A stretch of 64,000 nucleotides of DNA from an uncultured Solirubrobacterales bacterium (GCA_963834675.1 CAWICS010000009.1:224102-288101), one strand, 5' to 3'; shown: positions 9,080-20,240, numbered from the stretch's first letter. Numbers and translations are program-made. Notes: generated from the letters alone by a model not told the origin.

Positions 9080-10189
9080 ATGGAAGCAAGATCGCTCCCA
9101 AGCAGAACCGCGTCGTCGGTTGCCAGGCAGGCGCTGCTCGAGATCCGGCGCGCGGCCGGCCGATGGGGCCTCGTGGCGGTGCTCGTCGCGTTTCCCGTCT
9201 ACTTCGCGGCGCACGACCTCCTCCAGGGGTACACCGGGTTCGGGCACGGCCACGCGACGAGGATCCACGACCTCACGTACCTCGGGACCAACCTGGTCCA
9301 AGGCATCTCCAACGGCGCGATTTGGTCCCTGATCGCGATCGGGTACACACTCGTCTACGGGATCATCGAGCTGATCAACTTCGCCCACGGCGACGTGTTC
9401 ATGATCGGCTCGTTTACGGGGGTCAGCTTCTGGAGCGCGATCGGGGTAGGTCTCGCCACCTCGACGCTGGGCCTGGTGGTGGGGCTCCCACTCGCCCTGC
9501 TCATCTGCATGCTCGTCTGCGGAGCGCTCAACGTGCTGATCGAACGCGTTGGCTACCGGCCGCTGCGCAGCGCCCCACGGCTGGCGCCGCTGATCACCGC
9601 GGTCGGTTTCTCGTTCATCCTGCAGAACGTCGGGCTCCTATGGCGCGGAGGGTCGACGGTCGGGGTGTCCGACCTGATCCGCGAGAACAAGACCGTGGTC
9701 CAGATTTCAGGCGTGGTGATCCATCGCGCCGATGTCCTGTCGGTCGCGGTGACCGTCCCGCTCGTCGTGCTGCTCGCGTGGTTCGTCGGCCGCACGCGCC
9801 ACGGGAAGGCCATGCGCGCGACCGCGCAGGACCCCGAGGCCGCCCGGCTCATGGGGATCAACGTCGACTGGACGATCTCGCTCACCTTCCTGATCGGCGG
9901 GGCCCTGGCCGGAGCCGCCGGTCTCGTGTACGCGCTGTACGAGACGACGATCTGGTACCTCCAGGGCTTCGAGGCGGGGTTGATCGCGTTCACCGCGGCG
10001 GTGATGGGAGGCATCGGGAACATTCGCGGCGCCGTGATCGGCGGGCTGATCATCGGCTGCATCCAGCAGACGATCGACGCGCGCGTGGGGCCGCAGTGGA
10101 CGCCGTTCTTCGTGTTCGGTCTGCTGATCATCATCCTGGTTCTACGCCCGCAAGGGCTGCTCGGCGAAGAGACGAGGGAAGCCGGGTGA
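9080..10189 (+). CDS. livH: Branched-chain amino acid ABC permease
   Basis: LIAIGYTLVYGIIELINFAHGDVFM and MRATAQDPEAARLMGI motifs. Confidence 0.93.
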   Translation: MEARSLPSRTASSVARQALLEIRRAAGRWGLVAVLVAFPVYFAAHDLLQGYTGFGHGHATRIHDLTYLGTNLVQGISNGAIWSLIAIGYTLVYGIIELINFAHGDVFMIGSFTGVSFWSAIGVGLATSTLGLVVGLPLALLICMLVCGALNVLIERVGYRPLRSAPRLAPLITAVGFSFILQNVGLLWRGGSTVGVSDLIRENKTVVQISGVVIHRADVLSVAVTVPLVVLLAWFVGRTRHGKAMRATAQDPEAARLMGINVDWTISLTFLIGGALAGAAGLVYALYETTIWYLQGFEAGLIAFTAAVMGGIGNIRGAVIGGLIIGCIQQTIDARVGPQWTPFFVFGLLIIILVLRPQGLLGEETREAG

Positions 10190-11388
10190 ACGAGCTGCGA
10201 GCCCAGCTGCGCGAATGGCGAGCGGCGTTTGAGCGCGTGCTTCCTCCCTGGTGGCCGCGCGCCATGGCCGTGCTCCTGATCGCGTTCGGCCTCGTGCTTC
10301 CCCAGCTGTTCTCGGTGACCAGCAACTTCGTCAACACCGAGATCCTCTCGCTGGCGTACGTGATGTTCGCGCTCGGCCTGAACATCGTCGTGGGCTTCGC
10401 CGGTCTGCTCGATCTCGGTTACGTCGCCTTCTTCGCGCTCGGGTCCTACGCGTTCGGCTGGCTCGGCTCCGGCTGGTTCTTCAAGGCCCACGTCCACATC
10501 CTTGTCCACGGCCCACAGGCGGCGCTGCCGGGCATCCACCTGAGCTTCGTGCTGATCCTGATCTGCGCCGGGCTGTTGACCGCCTGCGCCGGCGCAGTCA
10601 TCGGCGTGCCAACACTGCGGTTGCGCGGCGACTACATCGCGATCGTGACGCTCGCCTTCGGCGAGATCATCCGGGTGTTCGCGCTCCAGGGGCCGTCGTT
10701 GAAGATCTTCGGAATGCCGCTGACCGGGGGTGAGCTCGGGATCAGCGGCACCGACCCGCCATACCTGCCAGGGGTCGGGACGTTCAACCAGCTCAACATC
10801 AGACCCTGGTACTACACGATCTTCGTGCTCGTCCTGATCACGCTGTTCGTCAACGTGCGCGTGCGCGACTCGCGGCTGGGACGAGCGTGGGTCGCGCTTC
10901 GCGAGGACGAAGTCGCCGCGGTGTCGATGGGCATTCCGCTGGTCCGCACGAAGCTGTTCGCCTATGGCCTGGGCGCGGCGTTCGGCGGCATCGCGGGCGC
11001 CTTCCTGGGTGCGTACACGACGCTGATCGATGCCGGCGAGTTCCAGTTCGGCTTCTCGATCTTCGTCCTCGCGATGGTGATCCTCGGCGGGCTTGGATCG
11101 ATCTGGGGAGTCGTCGTGGGGGCGCTGCTGCTCTCGAACATCAACTACTACCTGATCCCGGACGTCCTCAACGGAGTCCCCGGGTCACTCGGCCTGAACT
11201 TCAACCTGACCGATCTGCAGGTGAGCATCTTCGGCTTCCTGCTCGTGCTGGTGATGGTGCTGCGTCCGCAAGGCCTGATCCCAGAGCGGCGGCGAAAAAT
11301 CGAGTTCACGCGGAGCATCGGCGAAACCGAGTTGGACGAGCCCGGCATGGGCTGGGCGCCGGCCGAGCCCGAGGAGGCGGTGCAATGA
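10186..11388 (+). CDS. livM: Branched-chain amino acid ABC permease
   Basis: ALGLNIVVGFAGLLDLGY, LRLRGDYIAIVTLAFGEI and SRLGRAWVALREDE; GTG overlaps the livH stop. Confidence 0.93.
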   Translation: MNELRAQLREWRAAFERVLPPWWPRAMAVLLIAFGLVLPQLFSVTSNFVNTEILSLAYVMFALGLNIVVGFAGLLDLGYVAFFALGSYAFGWLGSGWFFKAHVHILVHGPQAALPGIHLSFVLILICAGLLTACAGAVIGVPTLRLRGDYIAIVTLAFGEIIRVFALQGPSLKIFGMPLTGGELGISGTDPPYLPGVGTFNQLNIRPWYYTIFVLVLITLFVNVRVRDSRLGRAWVALREDEVAAVSMGIPLVRTKLFAYGLGAAFGGIAGAFLGAYTTLIDAGEFQFGFSIFVLAMVILGGLGSIWGVVVGALLLSNINYYLIPDVLNGVPGSLGLNFNLTDLQVSIFGFLLVLVMVLRPQGLIPERRRKIEFTRSIGETELDEPGMGWAPAEPEEAVQ

Positions 11389-12193
11389 CCGTCGAGACGC
11401 CGGCGCCCGGGCACACATCGGTTGCGTCATCGATCCTCAGCGCCGAGGACGTGACGAAGGTGTTCGGCGGCCTGGTGGCCGTCAATCGGGTCTCGCTCGA
11501 TATCCCGGTCGGGTCGATCGTCTCGATCATCGGCCCCAACGGCGCCGGGAAGACGACGTTCTTCAACATGCTCACCGGCCTGTACAAGGCGACCGGCGGG
11601 CGAATCGTGTTCTCGGGTCGGGACGTCACCCACGATCGGCCCGACGTCATCACTAAGCTCGGGGTCGCCCGTACGTTCCAGAACATCCGTCTGTTCGGCG
11701 CGATGACCGCGCTCGAGAACGTGATCGTGGGGCGTCACTGCCGGATGCGGGCAGGGTTGTTCGGTTCGATCGTGCGCGCGCCATGGGTCCGCGCCGAGGA
11801 GCGGGCGGTGCGAGACCGCGCGGCTGAGACGCTCGCCTACGTCGGGTTGCGCTCGGACCAGTTCGACCAGCTCTCGAGCAACCTGTCCTACGGCGACCAG
11901 CGGCGGGTGGAGATCGCGCGTGCGCTCGCCTCCGATCCGAAGCTGCTCCTGCTCGACGAACCCACCGCGGGCATGAACCCGCAGGAATCCGCCGCGCTGA
12001 CCGAGTTCATGCGCAAGCTACGCGACGATCTCGAGCTGACCATCCTGCTCATCGAACACGACATGAAGGTCGTGATGGGCGTATCGGAACGGATCACCGT
12101 GCTCGACCACGGAGAGAAGATCGCCGAGGGCGCGCCGGCGGAGGTCCGGCAGGATGAGCGGGTGATCGAGGCGTACCTTGGGAAGCAGACCTG

Positions 12194-12194
<1 letters not shown>
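11385..12194 (+). CDS. livG: Branched-chain amino acid ABC ATP-binding protein
   Basis: GPNGAGKTT, ARTFQNIRLF, LSYGDQRRVE, LLLDEP and IEHDM. Confidence 0.95.
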
Positions 12195-12897
<703 letters not shown>

Positions 12898-12901
<4 letters not shown>

Positions 12902-13137
12902 TCGCCTTCGCGTTCATCGGGGCCACGGCGCTCTACCTGCTGTTCGTCTGGCTCCTCTCCGCCGCCATCGGCTCGTGGGTTTCCGACCGCAAGGGATACG
13001 GCGAGAAGGTCGGCCTGGCCTTCGGCATGATCCTGTCCGCGCCCGGATTGCTGATCGTGCTGCTGCTCCCCGGGCGCCCGGGGTCGAAGTGGAAGACCGA
13101 GGGCTGGCGCCCGCGCCGGCGCAGTCCCGAGGTCTAG
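12898..13137 (+). CDS. Small two-TM hypothetical membrane protein
   Basis: 79 aa, two hydrophobic helices, ATGA overlap with livF. Confidence 0.7.
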
Positions 13138-14108
13138 CTCTCTCCTTTGGCTCGAGCCGGCGACCGCACCGAGCGCGGCGGTGGCAACCTGACGTCGGCT
13201 CTGGACTCCCAGCCTTCGAGCGACCGCGACAGATCGGCGCCTTGGTCATCGAGGTGCGCCAGCGCGTCCGCGAACTGGTCGCGGACCAGCGGCGAGATCG
13301 GAGCGTCGAAGTCCACCCGCTCGAACAGCGAGCTGGCGATCCGCAGATCCTTCACCATCAGCGCCAGCTGGAATCCCTCCCCATACCGCCTCGACATCGC
13401 CTCGTCGACCAGCGTGTTCGCCGTGCTGAAGTTGCGTGCCGTGCCCGCGTTGAACACCTCGATCATCGTTTCGACGTCGACTCCGAAGCGCTGGCCGGCG
13501 ACCATCGCGTCGAGTGCCGCGGCGAGGCCGGCCGCCGAGACGTAGTTGTTGAGGGTCTTCATCGCGTGGCCCGAGCCGAGCCGGCCGGCCCGGAAGACCT
13601 GTTCGGCCATCGCCTCAAGCAGCGGCATCACTCGGTCGATGGCCGCGTCGTCGTCGCCCGCGACCATGAACGTGATCCGCCGGGTGTCCCCCCCGGCCGC
13701 CTCCGGCCGGGTGACCGGCGAGTCGAGCAGAATCAAACCGAGGCCCGCGAGCTCGCTCCCCAGCTCCCGGGTTCCGTAGGGGTCCGACGAGCTCGTGTCG
13801 ACGATGATCGTGCCCGGTCTCAACCGGGACGCGATCGCATCCTGACCAAGCAGCGCGTCCCGGACCACGTGGCCGTTGGGGAGCATCGTGACCACGATCT
13901 CGGCCCCGGCCAGCGCCGCCGGGTTGCCCTGGCAACCTCGGCCCCCGTGCGCGGCCACGAACCGGCGCTCGCGCTCGAGATCAGCATCCCGGACGATCAG
14001 CTCATAGCCGGCGGTGAGGAGATTCGCCGCCATCGGCGCGCCCTGCTGACCGAGCCCGATGAACCCCACCGCGGCCGATCCGGGATTTGGGTGAGCGTTC
14101 TGTGTCAT
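13134..14108 (-). CDS. NAD(P)-dependent oxidoreductase, beta-hydroxyacid dehydrogenase family
   Basis: GFIGLGQQGAPMA Rossmann motif, VDTSS, LDSPV and GSGHAMKTLNN (catalytic Lys). Confidence 0.88.
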   Translation of the reverse strand: MTQNAHPNPGSAAVGFIGLGQQGAPMAANLLTAGYELIVRDADLERERRFVAAHGGRGCQGNPAALAGAEIVVTMLPNGHVVRDALLGQDAIASRLRPGTIIVDTSSSDPYGTRELGSELAGLGLILLDSPVTRPEAAGGDTRRITFMVAGDDDAAIDRVMPLLEAMAEQVFRAGRLGSGHAMKTLNNYVSAAGLAAALDAMVAGQRFGVDVETMIEVFNAGTARNFSTANTLVDEAMSRRYGEGFQLALMVKDLRIASSLFERVDFDAPISPLVRDQFADALAHLDDQGADLSRSLEGWESRADVRLPPPRSVRSPARAKGES

Positions 14109-14133
14109 GGCGGGAGACTTACACAGACATGGA

Positions 14134-15363
14134 CTACCTGGCGTAGACCGCGAAGAAGTCACGGTCATCGGGCGACAGGTAGCGAGCCGCAGGACGGCTC
14201 ATACCGGGGAGCAGCTTGGCCGGGTCGCGTGCGCCGAAGGCGCCGTAGAAGTTGAACGTGGTCCACTCGTAGTTGATGTCGAGCTCCATCGCACGTACCG
14301 CCCCGGCGCGCTGGAGGATCCCTGCGAGGCTTGCGGCGGTCTGGATGTCGGCCGCCGCGTAGATCAGGTTGCCGTGGGAGTCGACGCCGACCGCCGAGCG
14401 CCACACCCGGACCGCGTTGCCGAGGGTCGCTCCCCATAGTGAGTCGTTTGACAGCTCGGGGTTGAGCTGGCCGTTCTCGACGATCAGCGGCAGGTTCTGG
14501 CGCGCGAAGGCGACCGCTGGGCCGGGATCGGGCCCGCCGGTCCAGGCTCGGACGTCGACGGACCCATCGGCGTAGCCGATCAGCGTCGCCTGCCCGTACT
14601 TGAGCGGCGCGTACAGGTGACCCTGCGAGAAGAACCCGCCCCCGGAGTCCTCGAGCTTGAAGCCGCTGTTGAACACGGCCAGCAGACTCGAGCGCAGCCC
14701 GAACGGCACCTCGGCCGATGGCGTGCCGTCGTTCGGCGGCTCGTACCGGCCGGGGTACAGCGCCAGCCGGGTGCGCGCGCGATCGATCCACGCGACGCCG
14801 GCGACGAGTTGTGGGTAGCTCGGGTCTGGGCGGAACGTCGTCACCAGGAGGGGCGCGGCGCCCGCCACCACCGGCCCCGTTTCACGCCACTGACCCTCAC
14901 CCGGCAGCGCGGGCGTGACCACCGGTGCAATCCGCGCCGGCGCGTCATCGGCGACCGGCGCCCCCGCCCCACTTCCGAGCTCGGGCAGCCGCTTGAGCGC
15001 CGGGCCACCGGTCGCTGGTGCGTTCAGCGAGTAGTAGATGGCCTCGAACTCCGACACTACTCCGGCGGCCCCGTTGTCGCGCAGCCACTCGACCGCCCGC
15101 ACCCCAACCGAAACGTTCGAAGGCCCCGCCATCGCGCCCCAGAACGAGACCACCAGTTGGGCCACGAGGATCAGCGCAGTGAGGACGACGATTCGCCGCA
15201 CGCGGAGCCGGCGCTCAGTGGGTCGGCGCCGGGCCTGAACGCCGGGACGCGCCACCCCTCGCTGCCGGGTCGCCTCCCGCCTCGCGGGGGGACGGCCCAG
15301 CTCGTAGGCGAGGATCCGGGCCTCGTACTGTTCGATCGCCGCGCGACTCGGGCTAGCCATCAC
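14134..15363 (-). CDS. Membrane-anchored phosphodiester glycosidase-like (NAGPA/DUF2233) protein
   Basis: One N-terminal TM; AVFNSGF, RQNLPLIVENG, WRSAVG and AMELDIN resemble the family motifs. Confidence 0.7.
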   Translation of the reverse strand: MMASPSRAAIEQYEARILAYELGRPPARREATRQRGVARPGVQARRRPTERRLRVRRIVVLTALILVAQLVVSFWGAMAGPSNVSVGVRAVEWLRDNGAAGVVSEFEAIYYSLNAPATGGPALKRLPELGSGAGAPVADDAPARIAPVVTPALPGEGQWRETGPVVAGAAPLLVTTFRPDPSYPQLVAGVAWIDRARTRLALYPGRYEPPNDGTPSAEVPFGLRSSLLAVFNSGFKLEDSGGGFFSQGHLYAPLKYGQATLIGYADGSVDVRAWTGGPDPGPAVAFARQNLPLIVENGQLNPELSNDSLWGATLGNAVRVWRSAVGVDSHGNLIYAAADIQTAASLAGILQRAGAVRAMELDINYEWTTFNFYGAFGARDPAKLLPGMSRPAARYLSPDDRDFFAVYAR

Positions 15364-15545
15364 CTTCTGAGCGCGTTTCGACCGCGTCCCGGCGGCTCCC
15401 TCCCCTCCGCCGAGGCAATTAGAGCTTTCTCAGCTCACAGACGGCACCGGACGGCACGGCGCCGGCACCGGAAGGGCGATGGAATCTGTGAGCGTCCTCA
15501 TCACAGCCACATGCTGGGCTTACACAGCACCTTTAGCTTGGCGTT

Positions 15546-16460
15546 ATGGAGTCTGCCAACGCAGGCCGTTTGCCTCTGCGTGAAGGGCGGCGGACTCACG
15601 CTGCGGTCCTCGCCACGATGCGGCCCAAGCAATGGGTCAAGAACGTGCTCGTGATCGCGGCGGCCGGCGCAGCCGGTGCCCTCGGTCACGACGACACCCC
15701 GGGGCGCGTTGCCGTGGCGTTCGCGGCGTTCTGCCTGCTGGCGTCCGGCATCTATGCGATCAATGACGTCAGCGATGCAGCAGAGGATCGCCTCCACCCC
15801 CGCAAGCGCTTCCGCCCGGTCGCGTCGGGCGAGCTTGACTCGCGCTTCGCCATGGGGCTTGGCGTTTCGCTCTTGCTCGCCGGGCTTCTGTTGTGCGCCG
15901 CAATCGGGCCACTGCTCGCGCTCGTCGGATTCGCGTACGCCGCGCTCACGCTGTCATACACGCTCGTGTGGAGGCACCTGATCGTGTTCGACATCCTGGC
16001 CGTGGCGGGCGGGTTCGTGCTCCGCGCCGTGGCCGGCGGCGTCGCGGCCCCCGTGACCCTCTCGCGCTGGTTCCTGCTGGTCGTGACCAGCTCGGCGGTG
16101 TTCGTGGCCGCGGCCAAGCGCTACGCGGAGCTGCAACGAGCGGACGGCTCCCACGGTCGGCGCAGAAGGGTGCTCGACGCCTACAGCCCAAGGGCGCTAG
16201 AGCTGATCATCGCCGGCGCAACCGCCGTGGCCCTGCTCGCGTACTGCATGTGGGCGTTCTCGATTCCGTCCGTCGGGGGCATCCCATGGCGGCCCTTGAC
16301 GATCCTGCCATTCGCCGCCTGCCTGCTCCGCTACGGCAATCTCGTGCATCGCGGGGCCGGCGAGGCGCCCGAGGACGTGCTGCTGTCCGACCGGCCCTTG
16401 CAGCTTGCGGGGCTGGTCTGGCTGGTCCTGTTCACGCTGGAGGTCCATGCCGCCGGCTGA
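15546..16460 (+). CDS. ubiA: UbiA-family polyprenyl-phosphate 5-phosphoribosyltransferase (Rv3806c-like)
   Basis: MRPKQWVKN, YAINDVSDAAEDRLHPRKRFRPVASG, GFVLRAVAGG, KRYAEL and GEAPEDVLL. Start may be ATG 15618. Confidence 0.9.
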   Translation: MESANAGRLPLREGRRTHAAVLATMRPKQWVKNVLVIAAAGAAGALGHDDTPGRVAVAFAAFCLLASGIYAINDVSDAAEDRLHPRKRFRPVASGELDSRFAMGLGVSLLLAGLLLCAAIGPLLALVGFAYAALTLSYTLVWRHLIVFDILAVAGGFVLRAVAGGVAAPVTLSRWFLLVVTSSAVFVAAAKRYAELQRADGSHGRRRRVLDAYSPRALELIIAGATAVALLAYCMWAFSIPSVGGIPWRPLTILPFAACLLRYGNLVHRGAGEAPEDVLLSDRPLQLAGLVWLVLFTLEVHAAG

Positions 16461-17805
16461 CACGGCGCTCGTCGGCGGGCGCGCGCCCGCGGCATCGGAC
16501 GCGATCGTCACCGGGTGGGCCAGAGGGCCCCGAGTCAGGGTCACGATAGTCCGTCCGAATGGGGTCGAGGAGCTGCGCGCCGCCGTCCTGTCGGCGAACT
16601 CCCTCAATGCCCTTCCCCGGGGAATGGGGCGCAGCTACGGCGACGCCGCGCAAGTCTCCGGTGGTCTGGTGATCGAGACCACTCGGCTGAAGCGAATCGG
16701 CTTCGACGGCCACCGCGGGACGGTCACGGCCCAGGCCGGAGTCACAATCGGGGAGCTCCTGCACGTCGTCGCCCCCGCCGGCTGGATGGTGCCGGTGGTA
16801 CCGGGCACACAACATGTCACCGTCGGCGGGGCGATCGCGAGCGACATCCATGGCAAGAATCACGGCACCGCGGGGACGTTCGGATCCCACGTCGAGGCGA
16901 TCTCGCTGCTCCAGTCCGATGGCGAGCTCGTCCAGCTCGAGCCCGGTACGGCCGGCGGCGCGTTCGAAGCGGCGCTCGGGGGCATGGGCCTGACCGGCAT
17001 CGTGGTCGACGCGCGGATCAGGCTCAGCCCGGTGCGCGGCGCGACGCTGGCGGTCGACACCGACCGGGTCCGCTCGCTCGATGCGGCGCTGGCCGCCCTC
17101 AAGGCGCCGGGGGGGCCGCACCGCGTCGCCTGGCTCGACCTGCTGTGCGCACGTCCGGGACGAGGGGTGGTGACGCGCGCGGCGCACATCGACGCCCCCG
17201 GTTCAGGCGCTGCGGTCGTGCGCTCACGCGCGACGGTGCCCCGGGGCTGGCCGGCCGGCGCGCTGCGGCCGGCGGCCGTTCGTGCCTTCAACGCGGCCAA
17301 GTACGCAAGCACCCCGCGAACCAGGCGCGCACAGCCCGAGCCGTACGGTCGGCACATGTTCCCGCTCGACTCCCTCGCTGCGTGGCCGCGGCTTTACGGT
17401 CAACGAGGCTTTCTCCAGTACCAGCTCGTCGTCCCGGTCGGCGCTGAGCGGGTGCTCGAGCTGGTGATCGACGGGCTGCGCCGGGAGCGGGTGCCGTGCT
17501 ATCTCGCCGTACTCAAGGACTTCGGTCCGGCGAACGGCGCGCCGCTGTCTTTCCCGCTTGAAGGGTGGACGCTCGCGCTCGACATACCACGAGCCGCGCC
17601 GGGGCTCGAGCCGCTGCTGCAGGCCTTCGATCGCGCGGTCGCCGAAGCCGGCGGGCGCGTGTACCTGTCGAAGGACGCGCGGCTTCACCCAGAGATGCTT
17701 GGGGTCATGTACCCGCGGCTCGGTGAGTGGCGCGCGGCCCGTGACCGCGCCGATCCCGAACGGGTCTGGTGCTCGGATCTCGCTCGCCGGACGGGTCTCC
17801 TGTGA
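16447..17805 (+). CDS. dprE1: FAD-binding oxidoreductase, DprE1-like
   Basis: PRGMGRSYGDAA, VVPGTQHVTVGGAIASDIHGKNH, GFLQYQ, LKDFG, LSFPLEGWTLALD and GGRVYLSKD. Confidence 0.88.
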   Translation: MPPADTALVGGRAPAASDAIVTGWARGPRVRVTIVRPNGVEELRAAVLSANSLNALPRGMGRSYGDAAQVSGGLVIETTRLKRIGFDGHRGTVTAQAGVTIGELLHVVAPAGWMVPVVPGTQHVTVGGAIASDIHGKNHGTAGTFGSHVEAISLLQSDGELVQLEPGTAGGAFEAALGGMGLTGIVVDARIRLSPVRGATLAVDTDRVRSLDAALAALKAPGGPHRVAWLDLLCARPGRGVVTRAAHIDAPGSGAAVVRSRATVPRGWPAGALRPAAVRAFNAAKYASTPRTRRAQPEPYGRHMFPLDSLAAWPRLYGQRGFLQYQLVVPVGAERVLELVIDGLRRERVPCYLAVLKDFGPANGAPLSFPLEGWTLALDIPRAAPGLEPLLQAFDRAVAEAGGRVYLSKDARLHPEMLGVMYPRLGEWRAARDRADPERVWCSDLARRTGLL

Positions 17806-18524
17806 GCGATGTCCTGCTGGTTGGAGGCACTTCTGAGATCGGGCTGGCCATCGTCCGCCGCCTCGGCGCCGAACGTGTCTGGCTGCTGGGCCGCGACGGC
17901 GCCGGGCTCGCGCGGGCGGCGGCTGATCTCAGCGGTCCCGCCGTCGAAGTGGGCCTCCTCGACGCTGATGATCTCAGCGCGCATAGGGAGGCGCTCGAGC
18001 GGGCGTTCGCTGACGCCGACGGGTTCGACGTGGTCGTGATCGCGGTCGGCGTGCTCGGTGCCCAAGCGGGACTCGACGCCGAGCCTCGCGAGGCAACCGA
18101 GGTGATGCGCGTGAACTTCCTCGGCGCCGGCTCGCTGGTCATCGAGTCTCTTCGCCAGCTGCGCCGGCGCGGCAAGGGGACGCTGATACTGCTCTCGTCG
18201 GTCGCGGTCGAGCGCCCCCGCGCGTCCAACCCGATCTACGGGGCGGCCAAGGCGGGTCTGGACGCCCTTGCCCAGGGGCTCTCCGACGCGACCGCGGCGA
18301 GCAGCGTGCGCGTGCTGATCGTCCGCCCCGGCTTCGTCAAGTCGCGAATGACCGCCGGGCTGAAGCCGGCCCCGTTCGCGACGACGCCGGACGCTGTCGC
18401 GTCAGCGACCGTCGCGGCGCTGCGTGGACGCGCGGGGACGGTGTGGGTGCCGGGTCGACTGCGGCTGATCTTCGCGATCCTGCGCCACCTGCCCCGCGGC
18501 ATCTACCGGAGGCTTCCCCTGTGA
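17802..18524 (+). CDS. dprE2: SDR oxidoreductase, DprE2-like
   Basis: GGTSEIG, LSSVA, YGAAKAG and VRPGFVKSRMT; overlaps the dprE1 stop. Confidence 0.85.
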   Translation: MSDVLLVGGTSEIGLAIVRRLGAERVWLLGRDGAGLARAAADLSGPAVEVGLLDADDLSAHREALERAFADADGFDVVVIAVGVLGAQAGLDAEPREATEVMRVNFLGAGSLVIESLRQLRRRGKGTLILLSSVAVERPRASNPIYGAAKAGLDALAQGLSDATAASSVRVLIVRPGFVKSRMTAGLKPAPFATTPDAVASATVAALRGRAGTVWVPGRLRLIFAILRHLPRGIYRRLPL

Positions 18525-18715
18525 GACCGGGTGTGCTGCTCGTCGACGTCGCGGTCGCGATCCTGGCAGCCCTCCTCGTCCTGACGATCACCCCCGGGCT
18601 GGCCGTGGCCGCCCCGATCGCGATCGTGGTGCTGGCCGCGTGCGCGATCAGCTTCAGGCGGGAGTCGCGCCGCCGGCGCCGCGCTCGAGGCCCACGGCGA
18701 CGCAGGACGCGCTGA
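18521..18715 (+). CDS. Small two-TM membrane protein
   Basis: GTG overlaps the dprE2 stop; 64 aa hydrophobic hairpin with a basic tail. Confidence 0.6.
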   Translation: MRPGVLLVDVAVAILAALLVLTITPGLAVAAPIAIVVLAACAISFRRESRRRRRARGPRRRRTR

Positions 18716-18716
18716 C

Positions 18717-20240
18717 TCAAGTTCCGGCGCGAGACATGACGAAGGCCTGGCGACGGATCTCCGCGTACGGCCGGCTCTCCGCGCGAGTCGCCCGGCGGCC
18801 GTAGAGCGTGCCGAGATAGGCGAACACGAGCGAGGCCGGCACCGAGACGAGGGCGGGGATCGAGAGCCCGAACAGGTGCGAGGCGCCGAGCACGTCGGGG
18901 CCGACGATCACCAGGCCGCAGCTGACGACCAACCCGCCGATCATCGCCGCGGTCGCACCGGCGCGGTTGAAGCCGGGCCAGTACAGGGTCAGGAGCAGGG
19001 CCGGGGTTGTCGAGCTTGCGGCGATCGCGAACGCGACGTTGCTGAGGAACGCGACGTTCTTGTTCTTCGCGACGAGCGCGATCAGCACCGCGATGGCCGC
19101 CACCACGCCGCCGGCAACACGGCTGATCTGCAGCTGGCTCCGGGGAGACACCTCGCCCCGCCGGATGATCTGCGTGTACATGTCGTGGGCCACCGCACCG
19201 GAGCTGGCGATGGCCAGACTGGCCAGCACGGCTAGCACGGTGGCGATGACCACGCCCGCGACCAGCGCGAACAGCAGCTCGCCGCCTACCGCCTTGGCCA
19301 GCTGAGGCGCGGCCAGGTTCCCCGCCTTGTTGGCCTTGAGGATGCCCAGGTGGCCGACCTCGTTCAGCGCCGCGTATCCCAGGATGATCAGGACCAGGAA
19401 GAACACGGCGAAGATCCACATCGCGATGAGCGTGGACTCGCGGGCGGCTCGCCCGTCGCGGACGGTCTTGAAGCGCAGGATGACGTGCGGCAGCCCCATG
19501 AAGCCGAGCACCAGGCCCAAGCTCAGCGAGATGTTCTCGAGGGATCCGGTCGTGCCCTTGTTGCGCAGCGGAACGATCACCTTGTCACCGAAGATGTGTC
19601 TTGCGTGCAGGAGGGGGCCGATCGGATTCCACCCCGTCCGCGAGATCGACACCAGCACGAGCGCGGCGACGATCGCCAGCAGCAGCGCGGCCTTGAACAT
19701 CTGGATGTAGGTGGTGGCGATCATGCCGCCGAGCACCGTGTAGAGCGTGGTGATCAGCCCGAGGAAGATGACCACGATCCAGTAGTCGACTCCGAACAGC
19801 AGCTGCGCCACCAGCCCGGCGCCGACGAACTGGATCACCATATAGACGATGCTGATGATCAGCGTGGCGACGGCCACCGAGCCTCGCAGCAGTCGCCCCT
19901 CGAACCGGGTGCAGATCGCGTCGGCGAGCGTGAACCGGCCCAGGTTGCGCAGCGGCTCGGCCACCAGCATCAGGATCAACAGGTAAGCGGCCGGGAGGCC
20001 GGCGGCCAGATAGAACCCGGTGAACCCGGTCAAGGCCACGGCACCGGTGATGCCCAGGAATGACCCGGCCGAGATCTGGTCGCCGGCCAGGGCCAGGGCG
20101 TTCTGCCATCCCTTCAGTCGCGCGCCGGCGACGTAGTGATCATCGGTTCCGCCCAGCAGCCGCGAGGCGTAGATCGCGATCAGCACCGTGATCGCGACGA
20201 GCGCCAGCGCTACCGCGATGGCCAGTCCCCGGCCGCTCAT
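18717..20240 (-). CDS. actP: Sodium:solute symporter, cation/acetate symporter-like
   Basis: WQNALALAGDQISAGSFLGITG, GGMIATTYIQ, GLPHVILRF and AVAHDMY; paired with DUF485. Confidence 0.85.
   Translation of the reverse strand: MSGRGLAIAVALALVAITVLIAIYASRLLGGTDDHYVAGARLKGWQNALALAGDQISAGSFLGITGAVALTGFTGFYLAAGLPAAYLLILMLVAEPLRNLGRFTLADAICTRFEGRLLRGSVAVATLIISIVYMVIQFVGAGLVAQLLFGVDYWIVVIFLGLITTLYTVLGGMIATTYIQMFKAALLLAIVAALVLVSISRTGWNPIGPLLHARHIFGDKVIVPLRNKGTTGSLENISLSLGLVLGFMGLPHVILRFKTVRDGRAARESTLIAMWIFAVFFLVLIILGYAALNEVGHLGILKANKAGNLAAPQLAKAVGGELLFALVAGVVIATVLAVLASLAIASSGAVAHDMYTQIIRRGEVSPRSQLQISRVAGGVVAAIAVLIALVAKNKNVAFLSNVAFAIAASSTTPALLLTLYWPGFNRAGATAAMIGGLVVSCGLVIVGPDVLGASHLFGLSIPALVSVPASLVFAYLGTLYGRRATRAESRPYAEIRRQAFVMSRAGT

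Noticed and set aside
6954-11388. Very long ORFs 6954..9011 and 9163..11388
   Set aside because: These are stop-free GC-rich extensions. Real starts are 7734 (RBS, lipobox) and 10186 (overlap with the livH stop). The same applies to 18717..20684, 43386..44870, 45474..47306 and 60107..62077.
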